DNA of 64,000 nt, taken from assembly GCA_964035545.1 (NCBI GenBank), contig OZ037766.1:25532339-25596338 (forward strand). Direction: 5' to 3'. Within the stretch, counting starts at the first letter, position 1, and the number at the start of each line of letters is the position of its first letter. The stretch is from Bugula neritina. Lineage: Eukaryota > Animalia > Bryozoa. Shown here in pieces: positions 49,561 to 59,332 of the stretch. The position numbers were made by a program, and so were the translations under genes. The notes under the pieces are model-generated. The model did no database searches. It was not told where the DNA came from and was given only the letters and a program-made list of their open reading frames with translations.

Positions 49561-52500
49561 TGCTTACTGGCCTGGCAGATCTCACACTGTTTGACTCTGA
49601 GCCGGACGTCACGCTCCATTTGCGGCCAATACCACCGGAGTCGTAATTTGGACATCACTCTCTTGACCCCTGCGTGGGCCTGTTTGTGAGTATCCCAAAT
49701 CAACTCACGGCGGATGGCCGTGGGACAGACTACCCTCTTCCTTTCCGGGTGTCTGCCGCTGGCAGCTAGAGAGATGGTTAGCAACCCATCCTGCCCGATC
49801 CGCAGCGAGTCCCAACGCTGACAGTATAGCCGGAACTCGGCGCATCCCTGTCGTATGCGTTCCTCGCTGGGTCGTCGCCCTTCCCTTTTGGCCCGGTATA
49901 TGTCTGCCACGACTCCAGGCAGCTCTTCTTGGAGCTTCTTCAGCTCTCGAACATTACCGGCCAGTACAGGGTTGGCGCGGAGGTTTTGTACACCCTCCGG
50001 GGACTCATCAACTCCCTGCCTGAGTTGACCCTGGTCCCAGTCAAACGGTGCTCCGTGGTGAGCCAGCGTCTCCAACTCGCATCGCGGGGGACCTCCATCC
50101 CTCCTCTCGATGTTGAGACACTGTTTGCAACCTCCATCAGGTCGGCGACTCAACCCATCCGCATTGCTGTGTCTCTTGCCCGGTCGATGTTCGATCCGGT
50201 ATGAGAATTCAGCTAGGATTTCGAGCCACCGGGCGACCTGACTAGAGGGCTCTGCTCTCTTGCACAACCAGATCAGCGAGGCATGATCCGTACGCAGCCG
50301 GAACTTCCTGCCATATAGGTATGGTCTGAAGTGCTTCACTGACTTGATTACTGCCAGCAGTTCCTTGCGGGTAGTGCAGTAATTTCGTTCAGCGGGAGAG
50401 AGAGACTTGCTGTAGTAGGCTACTACTACTTCTCGGCCTTCCTGCACTTGTGACAGCACAGCGCCAACATTCTGGTCACTGGCGTCCGTGTCTAGGATGT
50501 ACTCCAGAGTGGGGTCTGGGTAGGCCAAGATGGGCGCCGTTAGGAGGCAGCCCTTGAGGCGGTCGAACGCTTCTTGTTCGACTGGAGTCCACTGCCACGT
50601 CACTCCCTTTGCGGTAAGCCGGTTTAACGGCTGGGCTATGCCCGCAAAGTCTGGTATGTATTGCCTGTAATACCCTACCAGCCCCAAGAAAGCCCGGAGT
50701 CCGGTCAAGTCTTGGGGGGTGACCCAGTCTTCTACTGCCCGTACCTTTTCGGGATCCGTTGCCACGCCGTTTCGACCGACCACGTGCCCCAGGTACTTGA
50801 CCTCCGGCTGCAACAGAGCGCACTTGGAAGGTTTGAGCTTAAGACCGGCACCTCGGAGTCTCTCGAAAACCTCCTGCAGACGACTGACATGTGTCTCGAA
50901 GTCTGGAGAGATTACGATGACATCATCGAGGTAGACCAGCAGTGTCTTCCAATGGAGTCCGCTAAGGACTTGTTCCATCAGCCTCTGGAAGGTGGCCGGG
51001 GCGGAGGTTAACCCGAAGGGCAGCACCTTCCACTTCCACAAACCGTCCCGTGTGATAAACGCCGCTTTCTCTTGGGCGTCGGGACTCAGAGGAACCTGCC
51101 AATAGCCGCTTAGCAAGTCTAACGTACTGAAGTACTTGCTGCCGGCTAGGGCGTCCAATGACTCGTCAATACGAGGTAGAGGGTAGGCGTCCTGTATGGT
51201 TACGCTATTGAGTTTGCGGTAGTCCACACAGAACCGCCAACTTCCGTCTATCTTCCGGACCAGTACGACTGGCGAGCTCCACGCACTATGGGCGGGCTCT
51301 ATCAGTCCCCGGTCCAAAAGATCCCGTACTTGTCGGCTAACCTCCTTCTCTTTCTCCGGCCCCAGCCTGCGTGTGGGCTGCCGGACAGGGACTGTCCCTG
51401 CAGTCAGCGGTATTTCGTGTCTGACAATTCCAGTCAGTCCCACGTCATGCTCTCCGCTGCTGAACACATCACCGTAGTCGCGTAGTAACTTGGCCATAGC
51501 CTGGCGCTCTCTGTTACTCGCGCAGCCGCCACTGGCTGTTTCGTATAACTCCCGGAGATGTGTTGGGACTGCCCCTCGTCCCTGAATAGGGTGTCGAGGG
51601 AGTGCCTCTGTCGCATCACCCAGCGACGGGCCTACGTCTCCCTCTTGAACAGAGTGAAAACGGCCCAGCATCGACCCAGCCGGGAGCTTGATAGGCTCGG
51701 TAAAGGGGTTGACGCACTGCACTAAGATCTCCCCTTGCCCAGTCAGCTGATTCAGACTGCTGGCAAGTTGGATCTTTTCGTGCGCGCCTTCAACCACCCC
51801 GAGTCCAGAGATCCGGCTACTATTCACCCTGCAGTGAATGGTAGCCCGGGAGCGGCCTGGTATGGTACGGTTGCGTACCACTTGCACACCTCCCACTAAA
51901 GGGCAGCCGAACTTGTCGACGCAGGCGAGTTCCTGCCCGGACATCATCATTGCAGATCTGCTAAAATCTATGTGACATCCGTGCCGTTTAAGGAACGGCA
52001 TCCCGAGGATAGCATCCTCCTTGAGCTGACTGACGATAAACGTCTCTTGGATCGTTTGATCGCGGACTCGTCCCGTCAGCTCAATTATACCATAGAAGGG
52101 AAGGCATGACCCGTCAGCTAGGGTGCCGTATTCCCCTTCGTATGCTTCCATCTCGCCCCTGACCCTAGCACTGAGGGTGTCGAAGAGTTGGCGGCTTAAG
52201 AGGTTTGTGGTACAGCCCGAATCAATGAGAAAAGTAACAGCTTTGCCTTCCAGTTTACCGGGCAAGAAATAGCTGTTCCCATGGGGCTGCACCTGAACTC
52301 TCCCTTCAGGCCTTACTCTCGCAGAGAGTACCTCCCTCGCTTTGGGTCGCGAAGGAGGTCTCTTGGGGCGGTGATAGGTAGGCCTCGGGGGTGCCGAGGC
52401 TAGATTCTCAGCTACCTTTGTGTGCTCCCATCCAGATTCTTGGACTTGTAGCCCTGTGAATCTGTTGTGAAGGGGCATAGAAAAGGCAGCCGCGGGGCGA

Positions 52501-52703
52501 AGCCCCTTGCTGGTCCGTCGTGGCTGTTGCCACTGTTGGTTGCCAGTACGCGGTACCCGTCTGGGTGACCTGCGTTTCTTCTTCCCTAGAGGTTTCGTCG
52601 GCCCGCGGAAGGTGGGAACATCTGCGGGCCGCGGTAGTTTAACCCCTGATTTAGGAAGGGACAATATCGGCGGAAATGTCCTTGATTTCCGCACTCCCAG
52701 CAA
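49500..52703 (-). CDS. pol: Pol polyprotein (aspartic protease, RT, RNase H, integrase HHCC)
   Basis: FLIDSGC protease, LPFGL...YLDD RT, LDTDAS...KELLAV...TDH RNase H, H-x3-H...CEIC zinc finger. Confidence 0.95.
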   Translation of the reverse strand: MLGVRKSRTFPPILSLPKSGVKLPRPADVPTFRGPTKPLGKKKRRSPRRVPRTGNQQWQQPRRTSKGLRPAAAFSMPLHNRFTGLQVQESGWEHTKVAENLASAPPRPTYHRPKRPPSRPKAREVLSARVRPEGRVQVQPHGNSYFLPGKLEGKAVTFLIDSGCTTNLLSRQLFDTLSARVRGEMEAYEGEYGTLADGSCLPFYGIIELTGRVRDQTIQETFIVSQLKEDAILGMPFLKRHGCHIDFSRSAMMMSGQELACVDKFGCPLVGGVQVVRNRTIPGRSRATIHCRVNSSRISGLGVVEGAHEKIQLASSLNQLTGQGEILVQCVNPFTEPIKLPAGSMLGRFHSVQEGDVGPSLGDATEALPRHPIQGRGAVPTHLRELYETASGGCASNRERQAMAKLLRDYGDVFSSGEHDVGLTGIVRHEIPLTAGTVPVRQPTRRLGPEKEKEVSRQVRDLLDRGLIEPAHSAWSSPVVLVRKIDGSWRFCVDYRKLNSVTIQDAYPLPRIDESLDALAGSKYFSTLDLLSGYWQVPLSPDAQEKAAFITRDGLWKWKVLPFGLTSAPATFQRLMEQVLSGLHWKTLLVYLDDVIVISPDFETHVSRLQEVFERLRGAGLKLKPSKCALLQPEVKYLGHVVGRNGVATDPEKVRAVEDWVTPQDLTGLRAFLGLVGYYRQYIPDFAGIAQPLNRLTAKGVTWQWTPVEQEAFDRLKGCLLTAPILAYPDPTLEYILDTDASDQNVGAVLSQVQEGREVVVAYYSKSLSPAERNYCTTRKELLAVIKSVKHFRPYLYGRKFRLRTDHASLIWLCKRAEPSSQVARWLEILAEFSYRIEHRPGKRHSNADGLSRRPDGGCKQCLNIERRDGGPPRCELETLAHHGAPFDWDQGQLRQGVDESPEGVQNLRANPVLAGNVRELKKLQEELPGVVADIYRAKREGRRPSEERIRQGCAEFRLYCQRWDSLRIGQDGLLTISLAASGRHPERKRVVCPTAIRRELIWDTHKQAHAGVKRVMSKLRLRWYWPQMERDVRLRVKQCEICQASKHSCPLVKQDGGGYMLVGPGK

Positions 52704-53545
52704 AAACTGACTGTTTCTCCCTGTGGCGGCGCCGATGGCCGCATGGGCTCAGGGGCGGTACTCACTGGGTTTTGTGGTGTCAGTGTTGCTATCAGCTTGG
52801 CTAGCATGTCCGTCAGTTGAGTGACTTTTGATGCCGTCGCCAACTGGGACACGGCAGCCGCGGCGGGGGTTTCCTCCCCTTGTCCCGCGGCCGTGTCTGC
52901 GCGGTCTATCTCCACTTGGCGGGAGCTTCCGCGACTTTTATGCATTTGGTTAGCTAGGAGGTAAGCTTCCCCTTCAGTCAGAGCATCTTCAACGGTGGTG
53001 ACTCCCCTAGCTAGAAACTGGTGGTGGAGACCCAGATCGTCGACAGATGCTATGAAAGCGTCGAGGGTGTACCTCTCGCGGTTGACTGGGGGCAAGTCGC
53101 TGTACGCGATCTGTGCCAGCTTCATGACCGCGGCGGCATGCTCCCGCAGCGGGGTGCGGGGATCACGCCGCAACCTCTGCAATCGGGCCCTGGCATCTGT
53201 AGCAGAGAGGCCAAAGCGGGCCCGCAGAGAAGCAAAGATATTATCAATGTCTACGCCCAGCCCATAGGGCTTGGCTTTGTCCATCAATGCCATTCTAAGC
53301 TTCAACAGGGCCACCCTAGGGGGCCACTGAGCGACGTCCATTACGTCGCTAAACTCTTGGATAAATTGTTCCACCTCCTCTTCACCCGTGAAGGTGGGCG
53401 CCTTTAACCTGTAGCGGTCTTCAGCTAGTTCTCGCGGAACCCTTCGCTCTTCTACTACATGGTTAACAGGCATTGTCTCTACAGCATTGTCTCTACGCTC
53501 ACCTTCGATTGCCGGTGGTTGAGTTCCAGCATTTTCAGTCTCCAT
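52586..53545 (-). CDS. gag: Gag with CCHC zinc knuckle
   Basis: 319-aa ORF just after the PBS; PTFTGEE capsid-like motif and CWECGNQGHFRRYC knuckle. Confidence 0.92.
   Translation of the reverse strand: METENAGTQPPAIEGERRDNAVETMPVNHVVEERRVPRELAEDRYRLKAPTFTGEEEVEQFIQEFSDVMDVAQWPPRVALLKLRMALMDKAKPYGLGVDIDNIFASLRARFGLSATDARARLQRLRRDPRTPLREHAAAVMKLAQIAYSDLPPVNRERYTLDAFIASVDDLGLHHQFLARGVTTVEDALTEGEAYLLANQMHKSRGSSRQVEIDRADTAAGQGEETPAAAAVSQLATASKVTQLTDMLAKLIATLTPQNPVSTAPEPMRPSAPPQGETVSFCWECGNQGHFRRYCPFLNQGLNYRGPQMFPPSAGRRNL
52637..52643 (-). other. Putative -1 ribosomal frameshift site G-UUA-AAC (gag-pol)
   Basis: Minus strand GGG TTA AAC in the gag frame; a -1 shift enters the pol frame (VKLPRP); GC-rich sequence follows. 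Confidence 0.7.
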
Positions 53546-53557
53546 CTTGGATGCACT

Positions 53558-53575
53558 ATCCCACCGCTGCCACCA
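53558..53575 (-). other. Primer binding site complementary to tRNA-Leu 3' end
   Basis: Minus strand TGGTGGCAGCGGTGGGAT, 1 nt from the 5' LTR, complementary to ...ATCCCACCGCTGCCA-CCA of eukaryotic tRNA-Leu. Confidence 0.85.
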
Positions 53576-53576
53576 C

Positions 53577-53880
53577 TGTTGTAATTTCCAGATTTAGGGT
53601 TGATATGCTATCCAGAGAGTCTATTTATCTAGTATAGAACTGCACCAGGCTAAGTCGAGTGAACGAGTATATTTTATACACAACTATACATTATAAAACA
53701 CGATACATTATTCTAACAAGTTACACATCTAATCTATTTCACACTCTAGCTTCGACTGAGTTAGCAGCGGGAAACTACAATTGCTGCTAACTATCAACTA
53801 CGCTAATTGGCTATCCATTGTTCCGGGTCAATTACGCGACCCTACACGTTGTGCTGCTGGTAGTTCCACGAACCACCACA
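53577..53880 (-). repeat. 5' LTR of the Gypsy element
   Basis: TGTTGTAATT...CCACCACA; adjacent to the PBS. Confidence 0.95.
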
Positions 53881-54130
53881 CTATTTTAATTTTAAGTCCA
53901 TCATGCAATTGTATAAGTTTAATCTTTACAATAACAAATACTGACTAACAAATAATATTTACTTTCATAATTTGGATTTGATTATTAAAAATAAAACTAT
54001 TAGGAAAACTACTGATTTTATCTCATTCTTGCCTCAATTCATTTCTAGACTGCCCTTTGCGGAATTTGGTTTAAAATGGCGTTAATTTGGAAATGGGGAA
54101 TTCTCCACACGGTTTCATTTTAAAAATCGT

Positions 54131-54289
54131 TTTATAAGCAGCTGCGAGTCGGGAGTGAGTGGGTGCAGTAATTTAAGACTTTCAAGTTTTAAAGAGTTAC
54201 ACTTCGGGGTTACACTCTAAACCCCTTCTCTTACGTTGAAGGCGTTAAATTACTGAACTTAGACACCCCGACTCGGCGCTGTCTATAAA
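54131..54289 (+). other. Long imperfect inverted repeat (rod-like hairpin)
   Basis: CGAGTCGGG/CCCGACTCG, CAGTAATTTAA/TTAAATTACTG, TTCAA/TTGAA, AAGAG/CTCTT and GGGGTT/AACCCC pair in nested order. Confidence 0.8.
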
Positions 54290-54559
54290 TAATACAAAAA
54301 AAAGTAAAGCAGAAGTAAACCTGAACTGGAAAAGTTATTTTAAGTTCAGTGGGAGGACTGCTCAAAGCCGTCGGCAAAGTATCTTTGGTCGTCAGGCGCC
54401 TGATGGCAGCGACTTGTTATAGTGAACAAAGGCTAAGGGTACTATTTCTATGTCGCTGTCCAAGCCATTTAGTATCAAAATGGCGTTTTAATATAATCGA
54501 TGTTTAAATTACTATAATACTTAATAATGAAAGTGTAGTAAGAAAATTGTGACTATCAC

Positions 54560-55330
54560 CCAGAAACGAAGTAGCAGTTTTAGTGCAGGTTTCATAATGA
54601 TAATGGTGGTAATACTAATAGTAATAGTAATACTCATAATGATAATCATTCTCATACTGATAGTGATACTCAAGGTGATACTGATTATCATTGACATTAT
54701 CATTGACTGATTGACATTAGGTCATATTCATGTTGAATTTGATGTTGTATACTATTAGTGTTACTATTACTAAAACTATTTTTGTGTAAGTATTACTACG
54801 TATTACTATTACTATTACTATTAGTATTATCACTATTAGTATTAGTATTACTATTAGTATTGAATACTGAAAGTGAATAGTATTACTAATACTAATACTA
54901 TAGTAATACTAATAATAATATTATATTTATTATTAATAATTATACTTATAGTAATGCTAATACTAATACTAATAGTTATACTTATAGTAATCTTATACTA
55001 ATACTAATAGTAATACTGTCTAATAGTAATACTAATAGTAAATACTAAATAATTAGTGATAGGAGTACAATTACATTATGAATAAATTTAACTTATCATT
55101 ATGCTTATAGTTATACTTATAGTTATACTAATAATATGAGTAATACTAATAGTAATAGTAATCCGAATACTAATTGACTGTCTAATAGTAATATCAATAA
55201 TATTATATTTATAGTAATAGTAACTGTTACTGTAATACATTATGATTATCAATAGACATTTTGATTATGATCAATATTATAATTATAATAATAATTATTA
55301 TTAAATTAGCTGATTATCATTATACTTTAA
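54560..55330. repeat. AT-rich low-complexity tract (TACTAA/TAGTAA hexamer-like)
   Basis: Degenerate TACTAT, TAGTAA and TACTAA runs. Confidence 0.8.
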
Positions 55331-55479
55331 GTTTATAATTATAGCAATAATGGGACATTCACGCTGACTGTGCATCATATTTAGTATGAGTATGAGATCA
55401 CTATTGTCATTGATAATTGCAATAATAATAATAATGATACTGATGCCACAGGAAGAAAATTGAGTACACAAAAATCAGT

Positions 55480-56780
55480 CTCTCTAATGAACAGATTATC
55501 AAAAGTCTGGATGAAAAGTCGCCTAAGTACCTTGGAGTTATTGAGACTGATGAAATAAAAATAGATCAAATGAAAGATAGGATCAAGAAGGAGGACTATA
55601 AACAAATATGAAAAGTTCTGGAGTCAAAAATGAATGGAGGGAATATGATAAAAGCAAAGAATACATAGGCAGTGGCAGCAGTTCATTACACAGCTGGAAT
55701 ACTCGACTGGACTGTTGATGAGCTAAAAGGCAGAAAAACGAGGAAACTTATGTCAATAAATCATGCACTTTATCCAAGAGCAAATGTTGACCTGCTGTAT
55801 GTGAGCAGAAGAAAAGGCAGCAGAAAAATGATGTCAATTGAGGAATCTATAAAATTAAAAAATGCAGCACTTCAAATTACTTAAGGAGAACATGTATTTA
55901 TGGAGACACCACACTAAATACCTTTCTAAAAACAAAACAGCAGTAGAACTTATGAGCGATAAAATGGCAGAAAGAACTGATAGGTGGTAAGGTTCTGCAT
56001 GGTCAGTACATCAAAAAGCTGGAAGACATAAAAATATACTCATGTAACTAATTAAATTCTAGTTGGTTGAAAAAAAAAACAGGACTGCTGTTGGCTATGA
56101 GAGATCAAGCACTCCCTACTAGAAATTATAAAGTGGCTATAATAAAAGAATAAGGTAGCAATAAGTGGCAGATATGTAATGCAAGGGGTGAACTGTGATG
56201 CATATAATGCTAAGTGAATGTGAGAAGGTAGCGCCAGGAGAATATAAGAAAAGACACGACCATGTGGCATTGGTCATTCACTGTGAGCTGTGTGAATTTC
56301 ATGGGTTCCAGAGGAGCAAGAATTGATATGACCACCGAGCAGAATTAGTACTGAAAAGTGAAAATGTAAAAATCTTGTAGAATTTCGACATGCACACCCA
56401 CAGAGTCATCAAAGCCTGGAGGCCTGATATAGTAGTTGACAACTGCAATGCTGAAACAACAATAATCGATATCGCAGTCTAACTGGTGACTAAAGTAGAA
56501 GAAAAAGAATCAGAGAAGATATGAAAATATCAAGATTTAACAGTAGAAATATCCGGCCTTTAGAAATCATCAACAAATTCATCCCCATTGTAATTGGAGC
56601 CCTTGGATGTACGTACAAGACCATAGACTAGATGGCACTACTTGGAGTGGCTAAAAATAAATACTTGCCGATTTAACAGGCAGCCTTACTAGGATCAGTT
56701 CACATCTTAAGGAAAATTCTATTTATCCCAGCCTAGTGAAACTGGGCCCATAGTAGAATGTCACACTAGCAAAAAACGGT
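55480..56780 (+). mobile_element. 5'-truncated degenerate RLE-type non-LTR retrotransposon (R4/Dong-like)
   Basis: Fragmented NMIKAKNT.AV..HYTAGILDWT..EL..RKTRKLM...YPRANVD.LYVSR, LHGQY, zinc-knuckle remnant then KRHDHVA, RPDIVV...IIDIAV...KE.EKI.KYQDL and IPIVIGALG; many stops and frameshifts. Confidence 0.85.
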
Positions 56781-59332
56781 GATACAACTAATAGTTTATA
56801 TTTGATTTTTTACCAATATTATTAACAAATATAAACATTGTTTAATTTATATATAATAAAGATAATGTTAATGCTAATTAAAGCCACTATAATCATAATC
56901 ATAATGGTAGTAAGAATCAATACGAATATTATGAAGTTTTCACTTCACGTTCTCAAGACTTATGATCAGTTATGGTGCATAAGTAGAGTTTGATGCTCAT
57001 TTACCACTAAATAAACTACTAGGTCAGAGAGGCGCATGGGTTGGATTTTATCTTTATTTATAACATTGAAAACCTCAGACCATCTTTCATACAACGTTTT
57101 TTATGTAACCGACCAACCTTTACCAACCACTACCAACCTATTAAACATTGTTAATTCTGTAATACATGACCAACTGACAGTAATACAAAACATAAATGCA
57201 AGAAATATCATTATTCATTGAAGCTACAATTTTACAAATTATCAAAAGAACAAAACTTGAATATGGAGTAATATAATGTAATACAAAATAGCTACACTGT
57301 GGATCTATGCCTAATATAATACTGTTACTAATTGTATTTGTCATCTGCTTGCTATAAATAGAATAAAGTAAAGGCTATTCTCTAATGCAACAGCCTAATA
57401 GCTAACAGTAGCCTGCTATATAGCTGGGTTAAGCTGAGTCATTCTAGCTTTGCAATTGATTTAGCAATAAGATCTAGTGTTGGAACGAGCACGAACCCTA
57501 GCCCAGATGAAGTGTGCTCCCCAAGCCCAGTCTAGCTCAAGAAATTTTTTTATAGATATGATTATAACTATCACTATGAATATTATTGATTATGATTACT
57601 TAAAGTTGAGATTATTATTATTATGATAGTGATATTTTGTCAAAAACTATGCCCATCACCAATTTGGCGTTGCTATGACTATCATCGTCGGTTGTGACAT
57701 ATTCGATCTCAGTAACAGTTACAGTTGCTCCAGTAAGTGTTGGTATTGCTGCAGTCCTACTTACAATTGCATTCACTTACAGTTATTGTACTATCCTTAG
57801 AGCTGTGATGAATAATGTTATTAACAAGGCTGTAAATTAAAAAGTGATATTATCTATAGTTATAATGTGGCTATGCTGAATGTTAACAGACAGAAAGCTA
57901 CAACTATAACGGAAGCTCAATGTCAGACTTATGTAACTGCATCCAATAGGTTCGGAGTTAACATCAATGTTGAAAAGCGTTTGTAATATTCATTTGCAGT
58001 TTGTGGAATACTCAAATTCAACTGTTTCATTATACTGTAGTTTGCAATCACCTTGTTCTTGTGCCTTGATCTTTTATTCATAAACTTAGTTAAAAGGTGC
58101 ATTATTTATTCCCAGTGGCAAATAATGGTGACATACTAAACAAATGATAGTACTAGTATTAATAGTCCTTGTTACTTATACCAGTATAAATCTAGTCGGT
58201 AATATTACTTTGTTCATGATTTATTATTAGCTGATATGAATTCTCGTTAATAATTTTATGTTTAGTATATTTGTGTTTGCAGATGTTAATATTATGGCAA
58301 ATAATATAGATAATTGCAACTATTCACAATCATAAATCAAAAATAGATATCATCAATTATATGCCAATATTTTACTTATTTTGAAAAATGTAAGCATTAT
58401 TGTATTTATGCTGTGCCACATATTTATAATGATGAGGGCATTTATATATAACAAAAGAGTATATCGGTTAAATTATGCCCAGTTGAAGTTTCTTAAGCAG
58501 ACACTAGTTTCACGTTATAGGATGTTGTATGAGTATGCATCAGACATACACAGTATTATATTACAATACTTTTAGCAATGAAATAACATAAAGTTTATAA
58601 CAATTACAATATATTAGGCAAGCTATAGAATATATCTTCATGAAAGTTGAAAAAAAACAGTGACATGTACGGTTCTAATAATTTATTATAAATGTATTAA
58701 AATAGGTGTTATGACTATGGAAAAACTGGGTGTGCTTGAACCTTTAGCTGGTGAGTTAATATTATAATACTTGTATAATAACCATGGATGTTCATTGCTC
58801 TATTATTGTCACTTACTTGAAGCAGATAATCTGTATGTGAAATGTTAGTTTTCAAATACAGTTTGAATAAATATGAATGTGAAAGTTTACAATATTGTGT
58901 AGCTCTCTTATTCATAGGCCCTCTAAGTCTAAGATTATATGCCCAAAGAAAATAATTTTCGTGCTCTAGGTCTATATTGATGCATTATGTAAAGGTAGCT
59001 AGTAGCTTAGTGACATCATTTTTAGAAAGTTCGAAGTTGGTAATTCAACAAAATCACAGACAATGATTTGATTGTAAATATATATGAGGCGGAAAAAATT
59101 GTTCTTTTTTTTGTATTCATCATTTTTTAATTGATTGGAGCTCATCTAACGCTAAAATTTTGCTTGTTAACGTAACATATATTAGAAAGTTTGAACTTTG
59201 ACCATTGAAGTTGTATAGATAATCGGCATTGAGATATAAAAGAAGTTGCATTTAAAACTTTCTGGAATTTGAATAATTGCCGTTCATCTATAGAGTTGTT
59301 TGCTCATTTCAATGATCTTCTCACTTATGTAG

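Larger units (their letters stand above)
46380..53880 (-). mobile_element. Ty3/Gypsy LTR retrotransposon, full length (7.5 kb)
   Basis: Two TG...CA LTRs of about 305 bp, PBS, PPT, gag and pol in PR-RT-RH-IN order. Confidence 0.97.

Noticed and set aside
47002-53407. Plus-strand and alternate-frame ORFs within the Gypsy element
   Set aside because: Expected shadow ORFs in GC-rich coding sequence; no motifs.
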